Source of the DNA: Oscillibacter sp. UBA6647
GTDB lineage: Bacteria; Bacillota; Clostridia; Oscillospirales; Oscillospiraceae
Assembly: GCF_002455655.1 (NCBI RefSeq)
Contig: NZ_DKLF01000097.1
Length of the DNA stretch: 64,000 nt
Direction: 5' to 3' (one strand)
How positions within the stretch are numbered: the first letter of the stretch is position 1; every line of letters begins with the position of its first letter. Below, in pieces: positions 26,854 to 37,009 of the stretch. The notes under the pieces were generated by a model. The model saw only the letters and a list, made by a program, of their open reading frames with translations. It did not search any database and was not told the origin of the DNA. The position numbers were made by a program, and so were the translations under genes.

Positions 26854-28979
26854 TGCGGCCAGAGCTTCTCTCCCCCGCCGGGTCCCCGGAGTCCCTTCGC
26901 GCCGCAGTGGAGTGCGGAGCGGACGCGGTGTATCTGGGCTGGGGCAGCTTTAACGCCCGTCAAAGCGCGAAAAACTTCTCTGATGAGGAGTTTTCCGAGG
27001 CTCTGCAATACTGCCACGAGCGGGGCATAAAGGTCTATCTGACGCTGAACACGCTGGTGTCCGACCGGGAGCTGGACGCCGCGCTTGTCTGTGCGAAAAC
27101 CGCCTCCAATCTGGGGGTGGACGCGGTGCTCGTGCAGGATCTGGGCCTGTTTGACCTGCTGCACCGCGCCCTGCCGGACCTTCCGCTCCATGCCAGCACA
27201 CAGATGAGCCTGTTTACCTCCGGCGGGGCCTGCGAAGCGGCAGCGGACGGATGTGAGCGGGTGGTAATCGCCCGGGAATGCTCACGGGCGGACACCGCAA
27301 ACATCTGCAAAAACTGCCCCGCAGAGATTGAGGTCTTTGTCCACGGGGCGCTGTGCATGTGCTATTCGGGTCAGTGCGCCATGAGCGCGCTGATTGGAGG
27401 TCGGTCGGGAAACCGGGGCCGGTGCGCCCAGCCCTGCCGCCTGCCCTATACCCTGACGGAGTTATCCGGCCCGGACGTGTCCGGACTGGAATCTCCGCCG
27501 TCTCTGCTGGGAAATCCGAAAAAAAACACCTACCCCCTCAGCCTGAAGGACAACTGTCTGGCAGGCTTTTTAGAAGACATGGCCCAAATGGGCGTGGCCT
27601 GCCTGAAGCTGGAAGGGCGCATGAAGCGTCCGGAGTATGTGGCGGTGGTAACGGGTATCTATGCCCGCCTTCTGCGGGAGCACCGTGGCCCCACGGCGGA
27701 GGAAGCCGCCGCGCTGGAAGCCGCTTTTTCCCGCTCCGGCTTTACCGACGGATACTGGCGGGGCCTGTCCGGTCCTGGGCAGTTCGGCGTGCGTCCCGCG
27801 GACGCGGAGGAGCCGAAGGAGCTTTTCGCGCAGGCAAAAGCCGCTGTTGAAAAGGGCGGGATGCGGACGGTCCCTGTGACTATGGAGGCTGTTTTTCGCA
27901 AAAACCAGCCCTGCACCCTGACCGTTCGAGACGACGCGAACCGGGCAGGCACGGCCACCGGCCCCGCCCCTGAGGAAGCCCGAAATCGGGCGGTAACCGA
28001 GGAGGAACTGGAAACCCGGCTGAAAAAAACCGGCGGCACCGCCTATCGGTGCGAAGCCGTGTCGGTGACGCTTGAAGACGGGCTGTCTGTTTCGGCGGCA
28101 ACGGTAAACGCCCTGCGGCGGGACGCTTTGGCAAATCTCACCGCCCTGCGAATTGCGCCGCCGGAGCGGCGCGTTTTGTCCGTTCCCCCTCTTGAAAAGG
28201 CCGCTGGCTATGACGGAGAACCGGCCCTGACCTGCTCTCTGGTCCGCGAGGAGCAGCTTACACCCTCGCTTTTGGCGCTGCGCCCGGAGCGGGTATATCT
28301 TCCCTTGGAGTTCTTTGAAACGATAGACGCTTTACCGCCATTTGACGGGGAATACTGCGTCGTTCTCCCTCGTGTCTGGCGGGACGGGGACGAGCCGTAT
28401 TTTATTAAGCTGCTGAAGAAGGCGGAAGGTCTGGGCGTTTCCTCCGCCATGGTGGGAAATCTGGGGCATCTGCCTCTGCTCCGTAATCAGGGCTTTTTTC
28501 CCTATGGGGATTTTGGTTTAAACGTTTTTAACGGACGGGCACTTTCCTATCTGGCAAACAAGGGTCTGCAATCCGCCGCGGTTTCCTTTGAGCTGCGGGG
28601 CGCGCAGATTCGGGACATGCCGAAACTTCTGCCCACAGAGGCCATTGTCTACGGTCGTCTTCCCCTGATGCTTACGGAAAACTGCCTTGTTCGCAACGAA
28701 ACCGGCTGCTCCTGCCGCCGCCCCTATGCCCTGACCGACCGCACGGGGGCCGCCTTTCCCCTTCTTCCCGCTTGGGGCCACCGGACGGAGGTTCAAAACT
28801 GCAAGCCTTTGTATCTGGGGGACCGGGACGACTGGAAGCGTCTTGGTCTGCGGTATGCCCGGCTGCGGTTCACCACAGAGTCCCCGGAAGAGTGCGTTCA
28901 GGTTTTTCGGGATTATCTTTCCGGCGGGGACGCTCCGGCGGAATTTACCCGCGGCCTGTTTGACCGGGGCGTGGAATGA
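26853..28979 (+). CDS. U32 family protein with DUF3656-like C-terminus (RlhA-like RNA hydroxylation family)
   Basis: PELLSPAG, GADAVY, HASTQ, EVFVHGALCMCYSGQC...NRGRCAQPCR, LKLEGRMK. Confidence 0.88.
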   Translation: MRPELLSPAGSPESLRAAVECGADAVYLGWGSFNARQSAKNFSDEEFSEALQYCHERGIKVYLTLNTLVSDRELDAALVCAKTASNLGVDAVLVQDLGLFDLLHRALPDLPLHASTQMSLFTSGGACEAAADGCERVVIARECSRADTANICKNCPAEIEVFVHGALCMCYSGQCAMSALIGGRSGNRGRCAQPCRLPYTLTELSGPDVSGLESPPSLLGNPKKNTYPLSLKDNCLAGFLEDMAQMGVACLKLEGRMKRPEYVAVVTGIYARLLREHRGPTAEEAAALEAAFSRSGFTDGYWRGLSGPGQFGVRPADAEEPKELFAQAKAAVEKGGMRTVPVTMEAVFRKNQPCTLTVRDDANRAGTATGPAPEEARNRAVTEEELETRLKKTGGTAYRCEAVSVTLEDGLSVSAATVNALRRDALANLTALRIAPPERRVLSVPPLEKAAGYDGEPALTCSLVREEQLTPSLLALRPERVYLPLEFFETIDALPPFDGEYCVVLPRVWRDGDEPYFIKLLKKAEGLGVSSAMVGNLGHLPLLRNQGFFPYGDFGLNVFNGRALSYLANKGLQSAAVSFELRGAQIRDMPKLLPTEAIVYGRLPLMLTENCLVRNETGCSCRRPYALTDRTGAAFPLLPAWGHRTEVQNCKPLYLGDRDDWKRLGLRYARLRFTTESPEECVQVFRDYLSGGDAPAEFTRGLFDRGVE

Positions 28980-29046
28980 GTAAACATTAGTCCTATCTGT
29001 AATTTTTTCGAGCTATTTTACAATCTGTATTGATTTTGGAGTGTTT

Positions 29047-29475
29047 ATGAATATCAAGGTCCGTTATTTTTGCGAGGATTTAGAGCCACTGCGCTATGTG
29101 GATGGAAAGTCCGACTGGATTGATTTGCAGGCGGCGGAGACGGTGACGCTGAAGGCAGGCGAATTTCGCCTGATTTCTCTGGGTGTGGCCATCGCCCTGC
29201 CGGAGGGATACGAAGCCCACATCGTTCCCCGCAGCTCGACTTTTAAGAACTATGGCATTTTGCAGACCAACTCCATGGGCGTGGTGGACAACAGCTATTG
29301 CGGGGACAACGATCTTTGGCGCTTTCCCGCCTACGCCACACGGGACGTGACGGTGGAAAAGGGCACGCGCATCTGCCAGTTTCGGGTAATGAATCACCAG
29401 CCCCGATTGGAATTTACCGCCGTAGAACATCTGGGCGGGCCTGACCGGGGCGGTTTTGGGTCCACGGGGAAGTGA
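29047..29475 (+). CDS. dut: dUTP diphosphatase (trimeric)
   Basis: [28 protein letters not shown]. Confidence 0.95.
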   Translation: MNIKVRYFCEDLEPLRYVDGKSDWIDLQAAETVTLKAGEFRLISLGVAIALPEGYEAHIVPRSSTFKNYGILQTNSMGVVDNSYCGDNDLWRFPAYATRDVTVEKGTRICQFRVMNHQPRLEFTAVEHLGGPDRGGFGSTGK

Positions 29476-29538
29476 TTTTTATTAAAATTAAAAATATTCC
29501 AGCGGCTTTGCCCGCTTTTGGAATAAGGAGAACGCAGG

Positions 29539-30117
29539 ATGTCTAAGATGATATTGGCCTCCGGGTCCCCCCGGCGGCAAGAACTGCTTCGGCTGATGGG
29601 GCTGAGTGAGTTTGAAATCAGGCCCCCGGAGGTGGAGGAAGACTTTCCCGCCGGTCTGACTCCGCAGGAGACGGTGGAATACATCTCCCGGAAAAAGTGC
29701 GATGCGGCTGCGGCTGTCGCCGCTCCGGACGAGATGATCATTGCGGCGGACACCATGGTATTTGTGGACGGCGCACCTTTGGGCAAGCCCGCAGACGAGG
29801 CGGATGCCCTGCGGATGCTGACGCTGCTTCAGGGCCGGGGCCATGTGGTCTGCACGGGGGTAAGCGTCTGCGGCAATGGAAAAACCGTGACGGAGTCGGA
29901 ATCCACGGAGGTCTTTTTCCGTTCCGCCAGTCAAGAGGAGCTGGCGGCCTATATCCGCAGCGGCGAGCCGATGGACAAAGCCGGAGCCTATGGAGTTCAG
30001 GGTCTGGGCGCACTTTTGGTGGAGGGCATCCGGGGCGACTTTTACAACGTGATGGGCCTTCCCGTTCTGCGGCTGAGCCGCATGCTGGGCGGATTTGGTA
30101 TCCGTTTTTTTAACTGA
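29539..30117 (+). CDS. maf: Maf family nucleoside triphosphate pyrophosphatase
   Basis: ILASGSPRRQELL, ADTMV, LGKP, EPMDKAGAYGVQG, NVMGLP. Confidence 0.95.
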   Translation: MSKMILASGSPRRQELLRLMGLSEFEIRPPEVEEDFPAGLTPQETVEYISRKKCDAAAAVAAPDEMIIAADTMVFVDGAPLGKPADEADALRMLTLLQGRGHVVCTGVSVCGNGKTVTESESTEVFFRSASQEELAAYIRSGEPMDKAGAYGVQGLGALLVEGIRGDFYNVMGLPVLRLSRMLGGFGIRFFN

Positions 30118-30152
30118 TTTGGAATTGCTGAGAATTTGTCGGGGGCATTGAC

Positions 30153-30995
30153 TTGAAAGAATTTCTGAAACGGCACGGACTTTGGGTCCTGTTCGCCACG
30201 GCGGTGATCGCCGTGGTGCTTGCGGTGCTCTCCGTGTTCAGCACCACCTCCTCCCCGCTGGTGAATCTGGCGCAGACCATTACCTCTCCCTTTCGGGCGG
30301 CGTACACCGCCGCTGCGGGCTGGCTGATGGATAAGCAAAATTACTATGAGGATATCACGGCCCTGAAAACGGAAAACCAGGAGCTGAAAAAGAGGATTGC
30401 CGAAATGGAGGCGGAGGTGCGTCAGGCCCAGAATGACAGCGAGGAAAACGAGCGGCTGCGCAGCTTGATGAATCTGCGTGAGCAGCGCCGGGACCTCAGC
30501 GATTTGGAGGCCGCCACCATCACGGAGCACTCCACCTCCAACTGGACCAGCTATCTGACGCTGAACCGGGGCACGGACCACGGCGTGGAAAAGAACGACT
30601 GCGTGATTACGGAGGCCGGATATCTGGTGGGCGTGGTCAGCGAGGTGGGGAGCAACTGGTGCACCGTGTTGAACATTGTCGACACGGACACCTCCATGGG
30701 CGCGCAGGTCTTTCGCACGGACGACATCGGCGTGGCCGAGGGAGATTTTGCGCTGATGAGCCAAAGTCGGCTGCGGCTGGACTTTCTTCCCGCCGGGGCG
30801 CAGCTTTTAAACGGCGATCTGGTGGTGACCTCCGGTCTTGGCGGCTATTACCCCTCCGGCCTTGTCATCGGCATGGTAGAGGAGGTCCAAACCGACGATT
30901 CCGGGGCCACGTCCTATGCCATTTTGCGACCCAGCGCGGAATTTAACGACCTGACGCAGGTCTTTATTATCAAATCCTTCGACATTGTGGATTGA
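30153..30995 (+). CDS. mreC: Rod shape-determining protein MreC
   Basis: N-terminal TM, coiled coil with ENERLRSL, LNRG..HGV, GDLVVTSGLGGYYPSGLVIG. Confidence 0.93.
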   Translation: MKEFLKRHGLWVLFATAVIAVVLAVLSVFSTTSSPLVNLAQTITSPFRAAYTAAAGWLMDKQNYYEDITALKTENQELKKRIAEMEAEVRQAQNDSEENERLRSLMNLREQRRDLSDLEAATITEHSTSNWTSYLTLNRGTDHGVEKNDCVITEAGYLVGVVSEVGSNWCTVLNIVDTDTSMGAQVFRTDDIGVAEGDFALMSQSRLRLDFLPAGAQLLNGDLVVTSGLGGYYPSGLVIGMVEEVQTDDSGATSYAILRPSAEFNDLTQVFIIKSFDIVD

Positions 30996-31007
30996 AAGGC
31001 GGCGTTT

Positions 31008-31532
31008 ATGACTCCCCGACAGGAAACCATTCATAAATGGGGGCTGTACGCCCTGCTTACGCTGTTTTGCTGCGCGTGGCAAGGAGCGGTTCTGCAATAT
31101 ATGCGGCTTGGGGGCGTGTTTCCCTTTGTCTATCCCATTCTTGCCGCAATTCTCTCCACACTGGAGGGGCCTGTTTCCGGAATGATTTATTCTTTGGTTC
31201 TGGGCGTGGTCTGCGACTTGACTATCTCCGCACCCATCCCTTGCTTCTACACGCTGGTATTCCCTCTCGCCGGCCTGCTGGCGGGGATTTTGGCCAGAAG
31301 CGTGCTGTCCTCCGGCTTTCTCAGCGCGCTGGTAACCTCTATGGCCGCGTTTGTTCTCACTGGCGCATTCCACGGGCTGATCTTTATGTTTTCCTCTCGC
31401 CCCGCCTGGGGGCAGACGGCCATTGTCTGCGCCAAAGAGCTGGGCGTGTCTCTTCCCTGGGCGCTGCCGGTATATTTTCTGTTTCGCCGGGTGTGGCGCA
31501 GGTGCCTTGGAAACGAGCCTACCCGTTTATAA
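31008..31532 (+). CDS. mreD: Rod shape-determining protein MreD
   Basis: Small polytopic membrane protein with G...DL motif, lying between mreC and PBP2. Confidence 0.75.
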   Translation: MTPRQETIHKWGLYALLTLFCCAWQGAVLQYMRLGGVFPFVYPILAAILSTLEGPVSGMIYSLVLGVVCDLTISAPIPCFYTLVFPLAGLLAGILARSVLSSGFLSALVTSMAAFVLTGAFHGLIFMFSSRPAWGQTAIVCAKELGVSLPWALPVYFLFRRVWRRCLGNEPTRL

Positions 31533-31644
31533 GCTGTAGTTCCTGCTTTGTGCGGCGGGCTTTTCCCCTCATTTTTACAAATGCTTGCTTTGCGGACCCG
31601 CGCGCTTTGGGCGCGGACCCGCCCGATTGTCTGGAGGTAGACCC

Positions 31645-33738
31645 TTGCTTGAGACAAAATTCAATTCCACGCGCCGCTTGTATATTTTGAGTGGCTTTCT
31701 GCTTTGCGTGCTTCTGACCTACGTGGGCGTGATGTACAATACGCAGATCAGCAACGGGAGCTATTACCGGGAGCAGTCTGTCCGCACCATTGCCAGCACG
31801 GAGACGGTGGAGGCCTCCCGGGGCATTCTCACCGACCGCAACGGACAGGTGATGGTTTCCAATCGGCAGACCTATGCTCTTACCTTTGACATGTCCCTGC
31901 TCAATGAAGAGGACGACAAAAACGCAGCCATTCTGCGCCTGATTCAACTATGCAGGCAGCGTGGCGTTCTGTGGAAAGACAATCTTCCCATGAGCCAAAC
32001 CGCGCCCTACGCCTACACGGTGGACACCGCTGGAACGGTGCAGAGGGACCGCTTTTCCAAATTCCTGCAATCCAGCCTAAAGGCTCTGTCCACCAATGTG
32101 AACCGGGAAAACGTCACCAATGAGCTGCTTTCCTCCATCCTCTCGCCGCGCGAGCTGATGAATCAAATGCGGACTTTTTTCGAGATTCCGGAGGATTGGT
32201 CGGATGCGGACGCAAGGGCCGTTGCCGGAGTGCGTTATGAGCTGGAAATCCGCAAGCTGGTCAATACCACGGCATATGTCTTTGCGGAGGATGTGGACAC
32301 GGAGCTGATTTCTCTGGTGAAGGACGGAAACTACCGGGGTGCGAAGGTTTTCACCTCCTCCGTCCGGGAATATGACACCGACGCCGCGGCCCATGTGCTG
32401 GGTACCGTGGGCCGCGTGGAAGCAGAGGATTTGGCCGCCAACCCCGATGTTTACAGCGGCGAGGACTGGATTGGAAAATCCGGTGTGGAGCTGGCCTTTG
32501 AGGGATATCTTCGAGGCGAGGACGGGACGCGCCTGATTTCCTCCAACGATCAGGGGAAGATTACCAGCGAATTTTACACCGCCCAGCCTAAGCCGGGAAA
32601 CACCGTCGCCCTGACACTGGACCTGAATCTTCAGGAAGCCACGGAGCAGGCGCTGGCAAACACCATCACCGAGATGAATAAACAAGACGGCAACACCACC
32701 CGGGGCGCTGGCGCCGCTGTGATTGAGGTGGGCACCGGCGAGGTTTTGGCGCTGGCCTCTTATCCCACCTTCAGCCTTGCCAGCTACAATCAGGATTACG
32801 CGCTGTTCAGCAGCGATCCGGGAGAGCCGTTTTATAACCGGGCCACCCATGGCCGCTATCCCCCCGGCTCCACCTTCAAGCCCTGCACGGCCATTGCCGC
32901 GCTGGAATCCGGCGTGGTAACTTTGACGGAAAAAATTCGGGACACCGGCCGCTGGTACTACCCCGACATGATTGCGGGGACAGACCCCTTTTCCGCCTGG
33001 TGCTGGAAACGGAGCGGTCACGGCCTGCAAAACATTACACAGGCCATTACCAACTCCTGCAATTACTTTTTCTACACTATGGGTTATCGCCTGGGAATTG
33101 AGCGGCTGGACGAATACGCCGCCGCCTTCGGACTTGGCAGCAAAACCGGCATTGAAATCGGAGAAGACCCCGGCATTTTGGCGGGACCGGAGTATTCCGA
33201 GTCAGTGGGCCAGACGTGGTATGGCGGCAACACCGTCATGGCGGCCATTGGACAGTCCGACAACCTCTTTACCCCCCTTCAGCTTGCCAACTACATTGCC
33301 ACCTTGGTGGGCGGGGGCGAGCACTATCCGGCTCACCTTCTCAAGTCGGTAAAGGCCTATGACAACTCCTCCGTGATTTTCACCGGCGTACCGGACCCGG
33401 TGAACACCATTGAAATCAAGCCGGAGAATTTGGCCGCCGTGAAAAACGGAATGCACGACCTGACCACCAAGGGAAGCCTCGCCAGCTACTTCCGCAACTG
33501 CGTGGTGGATACGGGCGCAAAAACCGGCACGGCACAGATTACCAAAAGTACCAAAAACAACGGCGTATTCGTTTGCTTTGCCCCTTTTGACGACCCGAAA
33601 ATCGCCGTGGCTTTGGTGATTGAGCAGGGCGGCTCCGGCGCGGCGCTGGCCTCCACCGCTGTGGATATTCTCAATGCCTACTTTACCAAAGAGGAAATCG
33701 GCACCGTGATTCTGGGAGAGAATCAGCTTCTTCCATAA
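31645..33738 (+). CDS. mrdA: Class B penicillin-binding protein 2
   Basis: TTG start after GGAGG; ASRGILTDRNG, PGSTFK (SxxK), SCN (SxN), AKTGTAQ. Confidence 0.9.
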   Translation: MLETKFNSTRRLYILSGFLLCVLLTYVGVMYNTQISNGSYYREQSVRTIASTETVEASRGILTDRNGQVMVSNRQTYALTFDMSLLNEEDDKNAAILRLIQLCRQRGVLWKDNLPMSQTAPYAYTVDTAGTVQRDRFSKFLQSSLKALSTNVNRENVTNELLSSILSPRELMNQMRTFFEIPEDWSDADARAVAGVRYELEIRKLVNTTAYVFAEDVDTELISLVKDGNYRGAKVFTSSVREYDTDAAAHVLGTVGRVEAEDLAANPDVYSGEDWIGKSGVELAFEGYLRGEDGTRLISSNDQGKITSEFYTAQPKPGNTVALTLDLNLQEATEQALANTITEMNKQDGNTTRGAGAAVIEVGTGEVLALASYPTFSLASYNQDYALFSSDPGEPFYNRATHGRYPPGSTFKPCTAIAALESGVVTLTEKIRDTGRWYYPDMIAGTDPFSAWCWKRSGHGLQNITQAITNSCNYFFYTMGYRLGIERLDEYAAAFGLGSKTGIEIGEDPGILAGPEYSESVGQTWYGGNTVMAAIGQSDNLFTPLQLANYIATLVGGGEHYPAHLLKSVKAYDNSSVIFTGVPDPVNTIEIKPENLAAVKNGMHDLTTKGSLASYFRNCVVDTGAKTGTAQITKSTKNNGVFVCFAPFDDPKIAVALVIEQGGSGAALASTAVDILNAYFTKEEIGTVILGENQLLP

Positions 33739-33825
33739 TCTTTGCTGCGGTCCGGCAGGAGCAATCCGGCCGGACCGTTTTTTACATTGTTTTACTTCGG
33801 CTTTCTGGAAAGGATTGTACCCGTT

Positions 33826-35697
33826 ATGAGCGAACCCTTTGTCTTTGACCCGAGACACAGCCTGTGTAAGGAACCCTTTGGAGCGGCGGTCTGCCGAAGC
33901 CGAGTCTTATTCTGCGTACGCCCTCTTGCGCGTGAGGGCTTCACCCACTGTGCTCTGGTTCTGCATCTTGAGTTTTCTGGGATACGGGAGGAGCGAGAGC
34001 TGCTGCCCGGCGGTCCGGCGGGAGATCGTGTTCTTTTTTCTCTCACCTATGAAGCGCCGGAGCAGCCGGAGCTAGTCTGGTATCATTTCCGCTTCTGGCG
34101 GGATGACAGCTCCGGCTGTGATTTGGACGCCACGGGCTATCGCAGCGACGGACGCGCCACTGATTGGCAGCTAACGGTATACGGCGCTTCCCGTCCTACA
34201 CCCCAGTGGTTTGGCAACGGCGTAACCTATCAAATTTTTCCCGACCGGTTTTGCCGTCTGTCCGTTCCCGACCCCGCTGGCCTTGTGGGAAACCGGTCGG
34301 TTCACGAAAACTGGGATGACGCGCCCCATTGGCGGCCCGACCAGCAGGGCGAGGTGCGAAACAATGATTTTTTTGGCGGCTCCCTGCAAGGTATTTTCTC
34401 CCGACTGGAATATCTTGAACAGTTGGGCGTGACCACCCTTTATCTCTGCCCCGTGTTTGAATCCGCCTCCAACCATCGGTACGACACGGCAGACTACACA
34501 ATGATTGACCCCATGCTGGGGACGGAGGCGGATTTTCGGGAGCTGTGCGCCCGGGCTTCAGAGCACGGTATCCGCGTGCTTTTGGACGGCGTGTTTAACC
34601 ACACTGGGTCTAACAGCGTTTATTTCAATGCCGAGGGGTTTTATTCCGGTCCCGGCGCGGCCCAGAGTCAAACTTCTCCCTACTCCGACTGGTATAGCTT
34701 TCACCCCTGGCCAAACGATTACGACGCTTGGTGGGGCATCCGCACCCTTCCCGCCGTAAACGAGAGCAGTCCATCCTACGGCAGGTTTATCATTGACGGA
34801 GAAAACTCCGTGGTCCGCCGCTGGCTGCGTGCGGGGGCCTCCGGCTGGCGGCTGGATGTTGCCGACGAGCTGCCGGACGAATTTATTGCCCGTCTTCGCA
34901 CGGCAATGGAGGAAACAAAGCCTGACAGCGTTTTGATTGCCGAGGTTTGGGAGGACGGCTCCAATAAAATCGCGTATTCTCAGCGCCGAAAATATCTGCT
35001 TGGGTCTGAAGCCCACGGCCTGATGAACTACCCCTTCAGGACGGCGGCGCTGGCCTTTTTGCAGGGTGGGGATGGGGCAGACTTCCGCGACGCCATGGAA
35101 AACATTCGGGAAAACTATCCCCCTCCTGCTTATTACAGTGCCATGAATTTTTTAGGGACCCACGACACGCCCCGGATTTTAACAGTGCTGGGAACGTCAA
35201 AGCCCCCTGCCTCCAAGGAAGCCCGGGCCGTCTCCTCCCTCTCCCCCGACGAACGGGCCACAGGGCTCGCCCTTCTCCGAGCGGCGGCAGTGCTGCTGTA
35301 CGCTTTTCCCGGCTCCCCCATGCTGTACTATGGCGATGAGGCCGGTATGGAAGGCTGGGAGGACCCCTTTAACCGCCGCACTTATCCTTGGGGCCGCGAG
35401 GATACAAACCTGCACGACTTTTATGCTTGCCTTGGGCAGCTCCGTAAGGTACGAACCTCCCTCCGGCAAGGTAACATCCGCTATCTTCTGGCTGCCGGAC
35501 ACGGTCTGGTGTTTTCCCGGATCTGGAAGAATGAGACAACCATTGCCGCGCTGAACGTTGGAGCCGAAGCAATGGCACTGGAAATTCCATGGAAAACCCC
35601 TCAGGCGCAAGACGCACTTACCCGTCAGACTTTTACCGCTGTCGACGGAGTTTTAAAGCTAAAACTGCCTTCCCGCACTGCCATGCTTCTAATTTAA
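33826..35697 (+). CDS. GH13 neopullulanase/amylopullulanase-like glycosidase
   Basis: YQIFPDRF, SNHRYDT, DGVFNH, GWRLDVADEL, AEVWED, GTHDT, YYGDEAG. Confidence 0.93.
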   Translation: MSEPFVFDPRHSLCKEPFGAAVCRSRVLFCVRPLAREGFTHCALVLHLEFSGIREERELLPGGPAGDRVLFSLTYEAPEQPELVWYHFRFWRDDSSGCDLDATGYRSDGRATDWQLTVYGASRPTPQWFGNGVTYQIFPDRFCRLSVPDPAGLVGNRSVHENWDDAPHWRPDQQGEVRNNDFFGGSLQGIFSRLEYLEQLGVTTLYLCPVFESASNHRYDTADYTMIDPMLGTEADFRELCARASEHGIRVLLDGVFNHTGSNSVYFNAEGFYSGPGAAQSQTSPYSDWYSFHPWPNDYDAWWGIRTLPAVNESSPSYGRFIIDGENSVVRRWLRAGASGWRLDVADELPDEFIARLRTAMEETKPDSVLIAEVWEDGSNKIAYSQRRKYLLGSEAHGLMNYPFRTAALAFLQGGDGADFRDAMENIRENYPPPAYYSAMNFLGTHDTPRILTVLGTSKPPASKEARAVSSLSPDERATGLALLRAAAVLLYAFPGSPMLYYGDEAGMEGWEDPFNRRTYPWGREDTNLHDFYACLGQLRKVRTSLRQGNIRYLLAAGHGLVFSRIWKNETTIAALNVGAEAMALEIPWKTPQAQDALTRQTFTAVDGVLKLKLPSRTAMLLI

Positions 35698-35713
35698 ATT
35701 ATTTGCCCCGGAT

Positions 35714-35729
35714 TGTTTCACGTGAAACA
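35714..35729. promoter_or_regulatory. parS centromere site 1 (inside a 38-bp palindrome)
   Basis: TGTTTCACGTGAAACA, a perfect parS consensus. Confidence 0.93.
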
Positions 35730-35820
35730 ATCCGGGGCAATTTTGTAGATGTGAGACCTTAAAGCGGAGCGCGGGCTAAAAAAGCGCAAAGAAGTATCAA
35801 CTCTGGTATTTGCATTTAAA

Positions 35821-35836
35821 TGTTTCACGTGAAACA
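35821..35836. promoter_or_regulatory. parS centromere site 2
   Basis: TGTTTCACGTGAAACA; the palindrome extends to 35817-35840. Confidence 0.93.
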
Positions 35837-35947
35837 TTTAGGGTAAACTAAATTTGCTTTATTTCACAAACCCAGAGAGCCACACACCTCTTCTTCGTTA
35901 TTTTTGCAAAAGCTTTCCTGTTTTTGTGTTTTTCTGTGGCAACTGCC

Positions 35948-35976
35948 TTGAATCTCAAGAAAAACCTTGCTATAAT
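35948..35976 (+). promoter_or_regulatory. sigma-A promoter upstream of parAB
   Basis: TTGAAT-17 nt-TATAAT with TG extension. Confidence 0.7.
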
Positions 35977-36235
35977 GTCACAAGGAAAACATTTCGGGCT
36001 GTTTGCGCCCACAAAAGCGTTTGTGCGGCAAGACGTACACAGGAGCGTTTTTAACCGGGTGATTTATCTTGCTTCATAAGGCGGCGCAAATTCTTGGAGC
36101 CTTGCTTGTGCATTTGCACGATGCGTACACCGCAAACATACGCAACGCCGCTTTTTTGCGGCTTTGAAGTTTATTCGATCAGAATTGTGAGAAAGCGGCG
36201 CGTCTGACTGCCGTTACGGGAAAGCGGGTGCTGTA

Positions 36236-36991
36236 TTGGCAAAAATTATTGCGATTGTGAATCAAAAGGGCGGCGTGGGGAAAACCACTTCTTGTGTAAA
36301 CCTCTGTGCCGCCATGAAGGACGCGGGGCAGCGAGTGCTGCTGTGCGACTTTGATCCCCAGGCCAACGCCACCTCCGGTATGGGCGTGGACAAAACCTTG
36401 TCCAAGGGTGTGTATGAGGTAGTCATCGGCGAATCCCCGGCGGCGGACGCCATTGTAACAACAAAATACGGCGACGTGCTTCCTTCCAACAAGGCATTGG
36501 CGGGAGCGGGCATCGAGCTGATTGCCATGGACCGACGAGAATACCTGCTGAAGGACGCGCTGGCACAGGTCGCGGACAACTACGACTTTATTTTCATTGA
36601 CTGTCCCCCCTCTTTGGAATTGTTGACCTTAAACGCCCTTTGCGCCGCCGACTCCGTTTTGGTGCCGGTGCAGGGGGAATATTTTGCGCTGGAGGGGCTG
36701 AGCGACCTGATGAACACCGTCCGGATTGTCCGCCGCTCTCTGAATCCCCGGCTGGAGTTGGAGGGCGTTCTCCTTACCATGTTCGATGGGCGGACCAATC
36801 TGGCGCTTCAGGTGGCGGAGGAGGTTAAGCACTATTTCCCCGGGAAGGTTTATGCCACCGTGATTCCCCGGAACGTGCGCTTGTCCGAGGCGCCCAGCCA
36901 TGGAAAGCCTATCTTCTCCTACGACCGCACCTCTCGCGGCGCGGAGGCCTACGGCGCGTTGGCCGCCGAATTTTTACAGAAGAATCGCTGA
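36236..36991 (+). CDS. parA: ParA/Soj ATPase
   Basis: NQKGGVGKTT, DPQANATSG, IDCPPSL, EYFALEGL, IPRNVRLSEAPSHG. Confidence 0.96.
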   Translation: MAKIIAIVNQKGGVGKTTSCVNLCAAMKDAGQRVLLCDFDPQANATSGMGVDKTLSKGVYEVVIGESPAADAIVTTKYGDVLPSNKALAGAGIELIAMDRREYLLKDALAQVADNYDFIFIDCPPSLELLTLNALCAADSVLVPVQGEYFALEGLSDLMNTVRIVRRSLNPRLELEGVLLTMFDGRTNLALQVAEEVKHYFPGKVYATVIPRNVRLSEAPSHGKPIFSYDRTSRGAEAYGALAAEFLQKNR

Positions 36992-37009
36992 TTCTGGAAA
37001 GGAGTCGCT

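Noticed and set aside
35703..35840. Two identical palindromes as a mini CRISPR array
   Set aside because: They match parS exactly, there are only two copies about 90 nt apart, and no cas genes are present
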